A stretch of 42,636 bases of DNA. Source: Basidioascus undulatus (Eukaryota). The DNA is taken from NCBI GenBank assembly GCA_000826855.1, contig JTLS01000027.1, positions 1-42,636 of the forward strand, in the 5' to 3' direction. Below the pieces are notes generated by a model. The model ran no database searches. It saw nothing but the letters and a program-made list of their open reading frames with translations, and was not told where the DNA came from. A program made the translations under genes and the position numbers. This document shows, piece by piece, positions 1 through 11,960 of the stretch (position 1 is its first letter; the number at the start of each line of letters is the position of its first letter).

Positions 1-1207
1 CACAAGCCCGCAGTCCTCCAGCCGCTCGCGAGGGCGGGCGTGCGCGCGCGCGAGGGCGAGCTGGGCGCGGGCGTCGAGGCCGACGGGTGGGCGATCGCGA
101 TTTACCCTTATGTGAGTTTGCTGGAGAGAGGTATGGGCTGGGGTGGGTGGAAGCTGATGCGGGAAAGGTGTGGTAGACCGCGGATAGGGAGGACGAGTTC
201 GACGTGGCTGTGTGCGTGTTCCCATCCCCTCCCCTCCCATCTCTCTCCTACTTAATCCCTCACCTCCCCCACAAAGCGGCGATGTCTTCGCGATCGTCAC
301 TCGCGCAAAGGGGTGGTGGGTCGTGCAGCGCTGGCGCGCCCCCTCCTCCTCCCCCTCTTCCTCCGCCGCGCGGCCGCCCACGTCCCCGACCGCCGGGTCC
401 GAAGGCATCGATACGAGCGCGAGCGGGTGGGTCCCCACCGGGTGCCTGCTCGAGATCGCGAGCCCGCACGACGACATGCCGCAGATCGTCAGCTCCAGCT
501 TCGCCGCTGTCGCGCTCATGGACTATACCAAGGCCGGGACGGACGAGGTTGATATGAAGGTGCGTTTTTGAGGTTTATTTCTTTTTGGGGGAAGTAGGGG
601 GCATGGGGACTGATGTGTGCTGTGCGTGGGGAAATGGGAGAGCAGAAGGACGACAAGCTCCGCGTGTACAAGAAACACAACCAGTCCGTTTATTTTCTCC
701 TTCGCTCCGGGCGGTTTGAGTCGCGCTGACATGTGTGTTTTTGGTCGTGCAGCTGGTGCTACGTCGTCAAAGACGAGGGGGGCGACCGCGGATGGGCACC
801 GTCGTGGTGTACGCTTTTCCCCCTCCCTCCTCCTCCTCCTCCCACTCCGTCCTCTCTCTCCCTCCTTGGCCCTCCCTCTTCGCCCCCACCTCTACCCCTT
901 GCCCTCCTCTCTTCCTCCTTCTTACACCCCGGCCCCTCCTCCACCATCTTACCCACCCCTCCTTCCCCCTCCAACAGTCATCGGCAGCAACAAGCACCGC
1001 GAGCCCTCCTCGGCGATGCCGCTCTCGGCAGCGCCTATGACTGCCGGGCACGCGGACACGTCCTACTCCTCGGCCGCCTCAGCAGGCGAGCACTACCACC
1101 CCGACGCGGGCGGAGGCGGCGGGGTCGGAGGGATCGAGCGCGCTGCCCCCAGCCCGGCACCCAGCTTGGAAAGCCCCGGGATCGCCTTGAAGAACTCTTT
1201 CATCTGA
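1..1207 (+). CDS. STE50: Ste50/Ubc2-type MAPK adaptor, 3' part with two SH3 domains (5' end outside the window; 5 introns inside it)
   Basis: Spliced translation AIAIYPY|TADREDEFDVAV|GDVFAIVTRAKGWWVVQR...GWVPTGCLLE...ALMDYTKAGTDEVDMK|KDDKLRVYKKHNH|WCYVVKDEGGDRGWAPSW|FIGS... gives tandem SH3 domains like those of basidiomycete Ste50/Ubc2. All introns are GT-AG; stop TGA at 1205-1207. Confidence 0.85.
809..977 (+). repeat. C/T-rich low-complexity tract filling a 169-nt intron
   Basis: Runs such as ccctccctcctcctcctcctccc between donor GTACGC (809) and acceptor CAG (977). Confidence 0.8.
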
Positions 1208-1645
1208 GCTTTTGGTCGTTCTTGTGTTTCGCGGGCGGATGAGGGTCCCTTCTTCTTGCGGTCTCTCGAGCTATCTTACACTTCTCCTTTAGTCCTCTTG
1301 TCCACGCACTCGCAGCTTATCATCTCGCACACGGCAACTCGGCAGTCCTTGTTCTCTTTATTTCTTGTCGGTCGGGGTTATCATCACCCCACACTCTTTC
1401 GCTCACTCGCGCATCTTCTTCTGTAGTACGGTTCTTGATTGGGGTATTGTCAGACTGTCAGACGATCGAGCACATAGCATTGTTTCGAGTTGTATGCGGA
1501 GAGTGCCAGCTCGCCTGCCAGGGCACGGGGATATACCGGAAATGGGGAATCGTGGTGAAAGGAATGAATTGTGAAACCAAAATGGAAAGGGGAAAGATAA
1601 GCCCGGGGGGGAGAGCATCAGGCGGGGGAAAAGGGGTACAGGCGG

Positions 1646-4600
1646 TTACAAGTCGGCCTGAAAAGCGTTCGTGATAGGCAGACAGTCAACATTGGATATG
1701 TTGGCTAGGGGCGACGAAGGACTCACAAAGAAGAATGCGGTGTTGCGCGGGGGGATCGGGGCGGGGATGTGCTGCGGGATCTCGACGCCTTCGCCTGCGA
1801 GGTCGAGGAGCTTGATCTGCGGAGCGAACGCGGATTTCAGTTTGGACTCGTGGGATTTTCACAAGCGTGTCGGCTAGAAGGCTAATCTGACCTTGACGCC
1901 GAGATCGGTCAACGTCTGCCATCCCAGCCGAGTCCCCACGCATCAGTTCCACGGCCTCACTTCGAGATGTGACTGAGAGTGCTCACCTGTACCAGCTCAT
2001 TCGTCTGCGCGGTCGTCGCGACGCCCTCGTCGCGGAGGAACGCGATGCCGTCCACCCACTCGGAGAACTGCGTCTCGTCGACCGCAACGACATCCAGGAG
2101 CGGCGTGTCGTCCGAGAGGAGCAAGATGGAGAGCGGGCTCGGCGCGGGCCGCGCGGAGCTCGCGAGGGCGCCCGAAGGAATGCTTTGCCCGGTCACGGCG
2201 GCGGTGACGAGGGAGAGGTCGACTGCGGTCGGGGTGGAAGGGTGTGAGACGTGGAGTGCGATGGGATGGGAAGGGAAGAAAACGAAGCGTACCACGGTCG
2301 GGGAGGTCGTCGAGCCCCGGTAGGATGGATGACCGCTGCGGAGAGTCGACCCAGTGGATGAAGCGGCGATTTGGGGACTGTGGAAGTGTGTGAGCCGGCC
2401 AGAACAAGACGTCAGGGTACGAAGGGAACGCACGAGGCGAAGGAACCGATACGAGTGTGAGAGCTGCGCGCTGCTGCGGCTCGTCTCTCTCGACATGCGG
2501 CGGGAGGCGACAGGCGGCGTCGAGGATGCCGACATGAACCATCCGCCTTCGAGGAGACAGTTGATGCGCTGCTGCGAGACGAACTGGAACGCGTCGCGGT
2601 AGAGCCGGGTGCGCAACGTCCTGCGTCGGCGGCGTCAGCGTCAGCACTGGATTCCCTCAGTAGGACACAGTGAAATCAGCGCACCGTATCGGGGGCTTGC
2701 TCAGCACGTCGTCCTCGAGTTCAAGCTCCTGCAGCTGGCGCTCACTGCGCACACGCACGCTCAATCAACGAGGGGCGATGCGAGAGCGGAGCAATTTAGG
2801 CTGGGCACGCACCGAATCGTGCGATAATCGCTCTCGAGGAACTCGCGCTCGAGCTCGAACCAGCTCAGCTGGTTCTCGTTTGCCATTACCGATTTGACTT
2901 GCGAGCGGGTGAGCGCGGACACCCGCTCGAAGTCGGCAAACGTTGCGCCGCTGTCGTTCCACATGCTGTGGTTGTGGTCCGGTATCGCCCTGGTCAGCGC
3001 GATGCGCACAATTTGCAAGACGGCGAGGGGACGTACCGCATGAAGAAGCGCGTGACGAGGTCGTGTACGCGCTCGAAGGTGAGGAGGAACGGCCGGTACG
3101 AGGTCGTTGTCGCCGTTGTTGCTGCGCGCAACGGCTTCAGCAGCAGCCGCGAACCGAAGTGAGACGTACACGTACAGCCAGAGGAGTAGATCTGCCAGTA
3201 GTCTGCAAGCACGTCGACGACCTCGTTGGACATCTACAACAGTGTGTGAGCGCTTGGAAAGAGGATGGAGCGTCAAGAGCTGCGCACCTTCGCAACAGGA
3301 CACCTTCGTTCTTGAGATCTGCTATTTTGCTCGAGTACGAGCTGCGTAATGCGCATTTGTGAGTCTGGGGGATAGAACACTGAAGAACTAAAAGACAAGA
3401 CGCACGCTGGCGAATCGTTCGGGATCTTTCTTCGCGAATGCGGACTGCAGCACCGAAGGAAATGAGCAAGAGCGGCGAAGCCTGGAGTACCCCGCCAGAC
3501 GCACCAAGCAGTCAAGTCCCAGTAGCCCCTGCCCCTCAAAGTCACTCCGCAAGGTCGAGCTCTCGAACCCAAGCTTCGTCCAGTCGCGCCCGCCCACAAT
3601 CGGGTCCGGCAGATCCGCGGCCGCCCAGATGCCGTCGAGAGCTTCGCGTTGATCTCCGTTCGTCTCGGGAGACACGGGGGTGCGGCGGCGGGTGTAGATC
3701 ATACGGACGACCTGACAGGGCAACTGAGCTCAGGCTCTGATTGCGTGGGGCAAGGAAAGCTCGCACGTACGTGAGCCTGGAACTCGAGTATACTGGAAGA
3801 CAACTCGTCGTCGCGATAGCTGTTCATGAGCCGCTGTGCACAATCACTCGATCAGCTGTATTTTTGGCATGTGCGAACTATCAGACGCACTACAACAGCC
3901 TTGTTAACCTTGAGCTTGTGGAGCTCGGCGGTGAAGGGCTCCCATAACGCGTCTGGGACGTGGTGCAGCAGCGAGTTGATCAGGCCCATACTGCGCCCAA
4001 CAAGTCCATCAGTTCACTCCGTATCCGATAGTTCGGCCTGCCACTCACCTCGCTAGCGCCAGCGTAGTGTCGGCCGATTCTATTCGTTGCACCACCGCGC
4101 TCAAGAACGCCGGCGACTGTTGCATCGCGGCCCAGACCACCTCGAAGCCCTGTAAAGGGGCGGACGAGGACGACGACGTGTTGCCGCCGGCCCGCTGGCC
4201 CGAGACGACCAGGCGCTTCAGGATCGTGATGGCCGGTCGGCAGATGTTGATGGAATTGGCATGTTGGACAATGATGTCGGCGATCTGCGCGAGGAGTCAG
4301 ACCCGAGCAATGCAGTGGAAACGGAAATGCGGACGCACGCGGCTGACAAACTCCTGATCAAATATCTCCCAAGCGTAGTCGAGGAGCATGAGAGATTGCA
4401 GGGAGACAAGCGCGTACTGCAGGGCACGGGGATCGTCAGGACAATGAGCGTCCGTCGTAGCGCCAACTTTGGACTTACGGCCAAGGTGTTACCGGTGGCT
4501 ATTGAGATTATCTCGACCAGCTCTTTCAGACCATCGCGCCCGAGGAACGCCTCTGCGAACACGGGCTCCTTGATGTACTTTTGCAGCGAGAAGAGCGCGA

Positions 4601-5305
4601 GCTTCAGAACCTTGTCGTCTCGCGTCATCATCTTGTCGACCTGCACAGGTGGTCAGCGTCTGGGCTTAAATGTATACGCGGTAACAGCGCGTCGACCAAC
4701 CATCTCTGCCGCTTCGATGACCGGTGCAGAAACGAGCCTGTGCGACAAGATTACACGGCGTTCCAGTTGTGACTATTTACAGCTGCGTGCGCACCTCAAA
4801 GGCGTGTTCTGCTCGATCTTCTTGCGCAGATTGTCGTCCGTAACGAGCTCATCTGTGTCGTCTCTCAGGGCGAATAACGCTGCAGGCTCCTGCACCTTGA
4901 GGCCCGATAGGCATAGGTAGCGGATGACCTGTTATTGGGTGAAAGCGATCAGCAGGAAGCGATGCTGAAGAGGGAAGCTGAGAGCGCAAACCTCGGAGAC
5001 AGGCTGTGGTAATCTATATCAGCATTCAGTTAAAGAATCAATGCTGATGCTGCGTACGAGCGATGGATCGATCTTCGTCTTGATCTGCAGGGAGTGCAAC
5101 ATGCGCGACATTCAGTATCGGATTCCTCCACTTGGGAGGCGGACTATCCCACCGAAACGCCGTTAAATGAGACTGTGTTTGTAGCTTGAACATTCTTGAT
5201 CGTCACTGGAGGTGCGAAGCGCGCATGCGGCGAGGGTAGCGGAGGAGCCAGCGAGGTCGAGCCGGCTCGTGAGCTCGCGATCGAAGCGGGGCCAGAAGAG
5301 GGCAT
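1646..5305 (-). CDS. ELMO/CED-12 family protein with C-terminal PH-like domain (~22 introns)
   Basis: Spliced translation MPSSGPAS...LFALRDDTDELVTDDNLRKKI...LKLALFSLQKYIKEPVFAEAFLGRDGL...WTKLGFE...GLLGLDCL...RCPVAK|MSNEVVDVL...RMWNDSGATFADFERVSALTRSQV...QRINCLLEGGWF...EWVDGI...LTDLGVK|IKLLDL...AFFF|ADL*. ATG at 5303-5305; the last exon is 12 nt (1646-1657). Confidence 0.9.
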
Positions 5306-5626
5306 GACACGGCCGTCGAGGGACGAATGGAAAGCGGCTTGATGCTTGAAAATGTATGAGCGGGTTATGTACGAAGAAGATGTGAGTGTGGCCGAGAGAA
5401 CGACGAGAACGTGGAGGTAATGTAGGATGGAAGGCAAGCTGCTCAACGACGCGCTCAGGGCGCGTCAACTCGCGAAGGCGGGCACGGAAGCAAATGCCAA
5501 CTTAACCGCGACCGCAGACCGCAGCCTCCTGCGACCTTCCTCACCCCTTTACCTGACGTTCTCGAAAAGCTCCATCTGAAATCTCTTACAACGCTCACAT
5601 CTTTAGAAGGCCACGAGAAGAGTCTG
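5306..5626. promoter_or_regulatory. Probable bidirectional promoter between the divergent ELMO and OPT genes
   Basis: The two ATGs face away from each other 321 bp apart; several CGCG motifs lie at ~5448-5510. Confidence 0.5.
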
Positions 5627-8600
5627 ATGGGCGACCGCGCCCGCAACCACAATGCGGAGGCTGTTGAGCTGGCACCGCTCCGCACCTCTCAGGACGACGG
5701 CGAGGTACCGAAGGGTTCGGAGGAGAGAAGCGATGATGGCTGGGGGCTTGAAGATGAGGAGGAGGTGGTGATGCTTCGCCGGAGGACAGAGATGGGGGAG
5801 GGAATGGGGTTGGACGCGGACGACCCGGTGTCGCTTGTCGCAAAGGTGAGCATTGCTGACTCCCTTGCTTATCGTTCGCGAGGGTGAGCTGAACCGCCGA
5901 CTGCCTGCAGGTCGTACCCGAGACCGATGATCCGACTCTTCCAACCTTGACATTCCGTGTAAGCTCGCTCAATCCCGCTCATCTTCCCATTGCTGACCAA
6001 CATTGCACAGGCTCTCGTCCTCGGCTCGTTCTTTTGCATCATCGGCGCAGCTTTCTCGCAGTTGTTCTTCTTCAAGTACATCGCTCAGCTTTTATCTTCC
6101 ACGATCAAGTTGCTCATAGATTGCTGCGTCTGGGTAGGGACAATGCTCCGAACTTCAGCAGCTTGTCAGACTTGTCCTCCTCCCTACGATGGAGCACGTC
6201 GTGCTGACGCTCGGTGCCAGCTTCGTGATCCTTGCTTCTTATCCACTCGGCAAATGGATGGCACGGGTGCTGCCCGAGCGCGATGTGTCCTTCCTCGGTT
6301 ATTCGTTCTCGCTCAACCCGGGGGTCAGTTGACTCGTCGCTTTGCCTTGCACGGTTGCTGAACCTTCCTCATACAGCCTTTCAATGTGAAGGAACACGTG
6401 CTACGTGGGTAGAGTAAATTCTAGCTTTCATTGCAGGTCTCATGGAGTCTTCGAACAGTCGGAACAATCGCGACTACGGGAGGTACCTCTGTACGTCGTC
6501 AAACCCATCCCTCGATGCCGGCAGCGTCATCATCTGGCTCAACGTACAGCGAACGGCAGGCATACGCAACCGACATCCTGTCCATCCAAAACCTCTTCTA
6601 CCACCAGGAAATGGGCGCCGTCGCTAGCATCACTCTCCTTTTGACAACACAACTCATCGGGTTAGTCTTCGTTTTGTAACTCTGGTGCGCTTGGCTTCAA
6701 TCCTGAACCATTCGCCTTGCAGCTATGGACTCGCCGGCATCGTCCAAAAGGTCCTCGTTAGGCCTCCCAAGGTACGCAGCGTCTCGTCTTGCTTCGTCCC
6801 GTCTTGCTAACGTTCCCGGGCAGATGTACTGGCCGAGTTCCTTAGTCACTGTTTCTCTCTTTACGACCTTTCACGACACCAACGAGACGACTCAGAAGAA
6901 GACACAGGACAAGCTCCACTTCTTGTACGACCGCTCATTTTTTTCTACATACGGAGCCGATTGTTGAGGCCCTCTCGGTACAGCATACTTGCGTTCACCG
7001 CCTGCTTCCTCTATCATAAGTGTTCCGATCTGGGACCCGGGGCAATGTCGCTGACATGATTCTCGGTTACTACAGTTCTTCCCGGCAGTTTTCATGCCGA
7101 CGCTGACTTCCATCGCCACGCTGTGTGTCATTAACAACAACTCACTCGTGATGCGCACGCTCGGAAGTGGGTACAAGGTCCGTTGAGCACGAAGCTTGCT
7201 CCTCATATAAGACGTTACTTGCAACTTAACAGTGCAGTATCCCTTACAAACCCTTTTGTGTTGACTTTCCAGGGATTCGGCCTCGGCAACATCTCGCTGG
7301 ATTGGTCGGCGATATCGACGATTGGACCACTCTTGTGAGGTTCTTCGTCCCGCGACTTTCCCGGAATGCTGAGCACATTCATCAGTACACCTTGGTTCGC
7401 TCAAGTCAACTTTCTGGTCGGCCTAATCGGCATGATGTGGCTTGTGACACCGATACTATAGTCCGTACGGCTCCTTTGTGTATCTTCCGGCGCGAAGCTG
7501 ACTCCGCCGCTGCAGCTTCTCTAACTTCTGGTAGGGGTTCCGTCACTATCATGGCACGGGTAGCGCTCACGCCTATAGATAGGGACGCGCTCTCGTTCCC
7601 TTCGCCTGTGACCTCGGGTCTGTTCGACTCCTCGTACAGAAGGTACGCTGCCCCTATGCAGCAGTACTAGAGCTTGGCTGATCTGCAACGGCCCGTTCTA
7701 GCTTCGATGTCAACAGCGTCTTGAACCCTGCTGATCTGACGCTGAATGAAGCGGGTATGTCAATAACCCACCTCAGTTGCAAGGCTGTCGCTGAAAGATC
7801 CATCTCTCTCAGCATGGGAGCAACACAAGCCGATGCTGCTCACCCCTTACTTCGCCATCTCATACGGACTTAGTACGTAGCTTCCTTGAGTAGGCATGCG
7901 AGCATGGCTGAGGCGCGGCGCGGACAGGCTTCGCTGCGCTCAGCTCCGTTGTCAGCCATGTACTTCTCTGGCACAGCAAAGACGTACGCTCTATATCTCC
8001 GCATCTTCGTCAAGCGTTCACTACTAATTTTCTCTGCCGCTCGCAGATCAAGGAAGCATTTTTCGAGCTCAACAGTGCGGATGTGCGTGTCGCCGTTTAT
8101 GACGACTAAGCGCGCTCACGACTAACTCTCCCTTATCACTTCCAATAGGACGTGCACAACAGGTAAGTCCTTCTTTAAATCTTTCTATGCTTTGGATACT
8201 TACCTCAATCCGGACTCGCAGAATGATGCGCAGATATCCAGAAGTCCCTTCCTCGTGGTTCTTCGCCATGTTGGGCGGCACGTTCCTCTGCGCGGCTGTG
8301 CTGTGCATTGTTACGCCTATTCAGCTACCAGTACGTCTAAATTGATGCCGCCGGATAATCAAGCTTACAGCTTTTGCGGCAGATTTGGGCGCTAGCTTTG
8401 GCGATTTTGATGGCTGCGGTCCGTCGCTGCCGGCTCAGACGCGTTCTCTCCGAAGCCAGCGCCTCACACATTATTATGCAGGTATTTCTGATCCCTGTTG
8501 GGATAATCGCCGCCGTGTCAGGTGCGTCGAAGAAAACGAACTGCTACGCGTCACATGCCAGTGCTGACTCGGTCACTCTCGCCGGGGTGCCCTTTCAGGC

Positions 8601-10024
8601 ACGGCCGTGGGCCTGAACGTCATTACGGAGTTGGTGATCGGCTTTCTCTGTGAGTATACACTTAGTCCTTGAACGCCAGCGCACTCTTCATCGCTGCTCC
8701 TCTTGCTCCTTCGACACGGTCGAGAGCGAAAGCGGTCTCGGCGGGCGGTAGATCCTGAACTGATCCTGCTTTCCAACCCAGTACCCGGCCGCCCCATAGC
8801 GAATGTAGCCTTCAAGTGTTTCGGCTACCAGGTGTGAACCTGACCGTGCCTGCTTTTGTCGTTTGCGCTCACAAGCGTTCTCAGGCCCTTGCGCAAGCGC
8901 TAGGTCTGACGGAAGATCTCAAGGTACGTGCTGGACTGCTTTAAACAATCTCAATGTGGTGGTTAACAATACAGAGTGCATAAAAGCTGGGCCTGTACCT
9001 GAAAATTCCGCCCGTAAGCTCGTGCAACGCAATTGTTTGTCGAACACAACGCTGACCTGTTTCTTACCGCAGCGCAAGATGTTCATCACTCAATCACTTG
9101 GGACGGTTATCGGTGCTGTTGTCAATTACCTTGTAGGTTTCGCTCTGCTCTCCCTCACAGTGCCCGAGGCTCAGTCCCACGGAAGGTCCTGTCATCGGTC
9201 ATATCCGCGAAGAGACCATATCTTGACGGCACGTTGGAAGACCCGACGGGTCGTAAGTCGTCCATTCGTTGTTCGCCTTTCATCATGTTGATGAGCTGGA
9301 GCACAGAATGGACCGGTCGCAGCCCGCACATCTTCTTCTCGGCATGTCATGTGATTTTTGACTTTCATTTCCGCTGTTTCGCTAACCCGAATAACTCTGC
9401 AGGCCTCGGTCATTTGGGGGTGCGTAGGAAGTGCGCGATGCAACTGTCCTTTTTCGCTAACCAGAGCCCGCTGCTTCTGCAGTCTGATCGGACCCGCCCG
9501 TTTCTTCTCTGGCAAATATGCCCTGCTGTACCTCGGCTTCCCGCTTGGCTTCCTCGCACCTCTGATACCTTGGCTGCTTCACCGTCGCTGGCCAAACGTC
9601 GGGTTCAAATCCGTCACTTTCCCGATTGTCTGTCACGCAGCGATGCTCGTGCCGCAGGTGTGTCCATCTCCAAACACATCTGCTCGACGACCTCCTGACA
9701 GACGAAAGCGCGCAGGTACCGACCAACGTTATTACATCCGGTGCAATTGCGGCATATCTGTCGCAAGTTTACGCTGCTCGCAAGCACCCAAAGTAAGCAC
9801 TCAGCGTTCTCCCAAGGGTGGTTCTTTTGGTTTTTGCTGACAGCCCTGCGCGCAGGTGGTACGCGGCCCGCAATTACACTCTCAGCGCTGCGCTGGACGC
9901 CGCGACGAGTGTGAATGCGCTTGTGGTTTACGCCGTCTTCACCCTCTTCCTGGGCGGCTGGAGCGGGCCGCATTGGTGGGCGAATCCAACGGGAGACGCA
10001 GAACATTGTACGCCGGGGACGTGA
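5627..10024 (+). CDS. OPT family oligopeptide transporter (~34 introns, including one AT-AC and one GC-AG)
   Basis: Spliced translation has VVPETDDPTLPTLTFR, SLNPG|PFNVKEH, TTQLIGYGLAG, MYWPSSL, DVHNRMMRRYPEVPSSWF, GLNVITELVIG, PGRPIAN, DLK|LGLYLKIPP|RKMF, SVIWGLIGPARFF and NYTLSAALD, all OPT hallmarks. Stop TGA at 10022-10024. Confidence 0.95.
7016..7073 (+). other. Non-canonical AT-AC intron in the OPT gene (58 nt)
   Basis: TAT C|ATAAGT...GCTGAC...TTACTAC|AG TTC TTC CCG restores F-L-Y-Q-F-F-P; no GT/GC-AG pair keeps the frame. Confidence 0.75.
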
Positions 10025-10609
10025 AGGGGCGTATCTAGAGCTTGTTACACTTATATACCCAGACATATTTTTCTTGCGGTCGAGATGATGAGTTGAAGCC
10101 TGGCAATGAATTCTGTTCAAGCTTGTTGAGCAGGGAATGATGCTCGTGAGATGGATGATTGTCAAGTGCCAATTTGAGCATCGACGTGGAACGGGCACAC
10201 AGGCAATCCGTCCCTCGTGATGGTCCCCGAAAGCTCCGGAATCTTTCATGTTCTTGCGATTCTCAACAAAGATAATGAGTACTTCGAAGCACAACCGCAA
10301 TTGCAACCACCACCGTCGATGTCGCGCGACATCTGCCAGCCCTTCTCCTTCGCCTGACCAGTCAATCCCCATCGTCGCATCGCGGCGCTGCTGTTAGTGG
10401 TCGGCGTGGAGCAATAAATGAACACGAATGTGCGTCCAGCCTTCCGGAGATCGATTCTCTTCACAGAAAACCAACTCGAAATAGTGCCAGAGACGCGATT
10501 GCTTTCATCGCGCTCCCCGTCAGCAAAGCTGTCACGGCGACGCATCCCCCTTGGCTTGGCGCAGCAGATCCGTTCCCCGCAATGTCGTTTTAGCCGTCCC
10601 AACCATTTT

Positions 10610-10618
10610 TATATATAA
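10610..10618 (+). promoter_or_regulatory. TATA box ~95 bp upstream of the ATG at 10713
   Basis: TATATATAA in GC-rich surroundings, followed by a C-rich leader and ATG. Confidence 0.5.
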
Positions 10619-10712
10619 GGCCACCATCACCACCACGGCCACCATCAGCACCTCTTTGTCCACCGTGCTCCATCTTGCGCCTGAGCAATCCACGAACGCT
10701 GCTCGTTCAATC

Positions 10713-11960
10713 ATGGGATGGCACACCTACTGCACCGAAAGCCCCCGGCTTTCCTCCCTCTCTCTGATGCCAGGGTCTCGGTAGCACTCAAGCTCAATCT
10801 CTCCTCTGACTTGTTTCCTTGTTTCCTCCCCGCGCCCAGATTTCCGGCGGGTCGGACGAGGCTTGCACCGATGCAACTTGTCCCTCCCCTCCTTCCACAC
10901 GCTTTCCGTGTCGCAACAAGCTCATCCACCCCCCTACCCGCCCCCGGGCGCCCATCAACCATTCCAGATTAAGCAGAGCTTCTCCGAGCGTTTTTGGGAA
11001 GACGACCGTCACCCCGACCCCGCGGTGATCGACGCCGTCAAGTGCGCGGACGAGGGACGATGAGGCGTCCAAGGACCTCGTGCTCGCCGGGCCCTTCGGC
11101 GAGGGGGGCGAGGACCTGGTCGCCGAGGCTGCTGGCAGGGATGGGTTCGAAGGATTCCAAAAGAGGCTCGACGATCCTGGCAAGTCATCGCCTGCGTCCA
11201 GCAGCGTGTTGACAGCACGCCCGCTAACCCCTTCCCCTAGCAGACGGCGTCATCGTGTTCGTCGACCGGAGCACGGTCCGCGTCCTGTTCGACATCGTCA
11301 CCCAGCTCGGCACAAACGAGTACGGCGGCTACGACAGCAAGTGGACGGGGCAGGATTACAGCCTCGGGCCCAAGGGCTACTTCCTGGTAAACAGCGCGTC
11401 GCCTGGCGCGTGCTCAGCGCCGCTGCCCCCCGCGTGACCCCCCTTGAGCTCTGGGAGGCGGTCTCGACATCGTCCGGGGCGGGCAGGTGCGGGCAGGCCC
11501 TCCGGCCGCGTACGGCCCGACCGAGGGCAGTCACACGCAGTATGTGTAGCCCCTCGCGGTGGCGGACGAGCGGGATGGGGACGATGGGACGCTGGAGGCG
11601 CTGGAAGAATTGTGGAGGGAACTGCTGTTGGGGGGGAAAGAAGGCAAGTTGGAGACCCAGGAGGTGTGGGAGGAGGCATGGATGGGGCGGGGAAACCTAT
11701 GGGTCTTCAGGAGGCCAGACAGGTACGATTGGAGCCCATTTTACTCTTTTTCTCTATCCAGTGCTCTCACCCCGAGGGTACGTCCTGCCCTCCTCAAGCA
11801 CTGCGCTAAAAAAATTTGAAGAGGAGGGCGATGAGCGCAGGCGGCGTGGCGACACAGAAGGGAGGTGGTGGATTGTGAGGTGTGTGTTTGGTGAAGGGGA
11901 GGGGAGCGGGAGGGTGAGCGGGGGGAGCTGGCCGGAGGGGACACGCGAGGGTTGCGGGCC
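10713..11960 (+). pseudogene. Frameshifted pseudogene of an uncharacterised fungal protein (3' end uncertain)
   Basis: Coding-like fragments MGWHTYCT / IKQSFSERFWEDD... / DLVLAGPFGEGGEDL... / VFVDRSTVRVLFDIVTQLGTNEYGGY... / VAWRVLSAAAPRVTPLELWEAV / AYGPTEGSHTQYV* / ...EEAWMGRGNLWVFRRPDR join only through about three frameshifts (~11050, ~11395, ~11500) and an in-frame TAG at 11547-11549. Intron remnants are visible, e.g. 11180-11240. Confidence 0.6.

Noticed and set aside
7016..7073. U12 (minor spliceosome) reading of the AT-AC intron
   Set aside because: Donor ATAAGT and branch CTGAC match the U2 consensus, not ATATCCTT and TCCTTAAC.
10318..10333. Perfect 16-bp palindrome GATGTCGCGCGACATC
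   Set aside because: About 0.65 such palindromes are expected by chance in 42.6 kb (4^-8 per position), and there is no supporting context.
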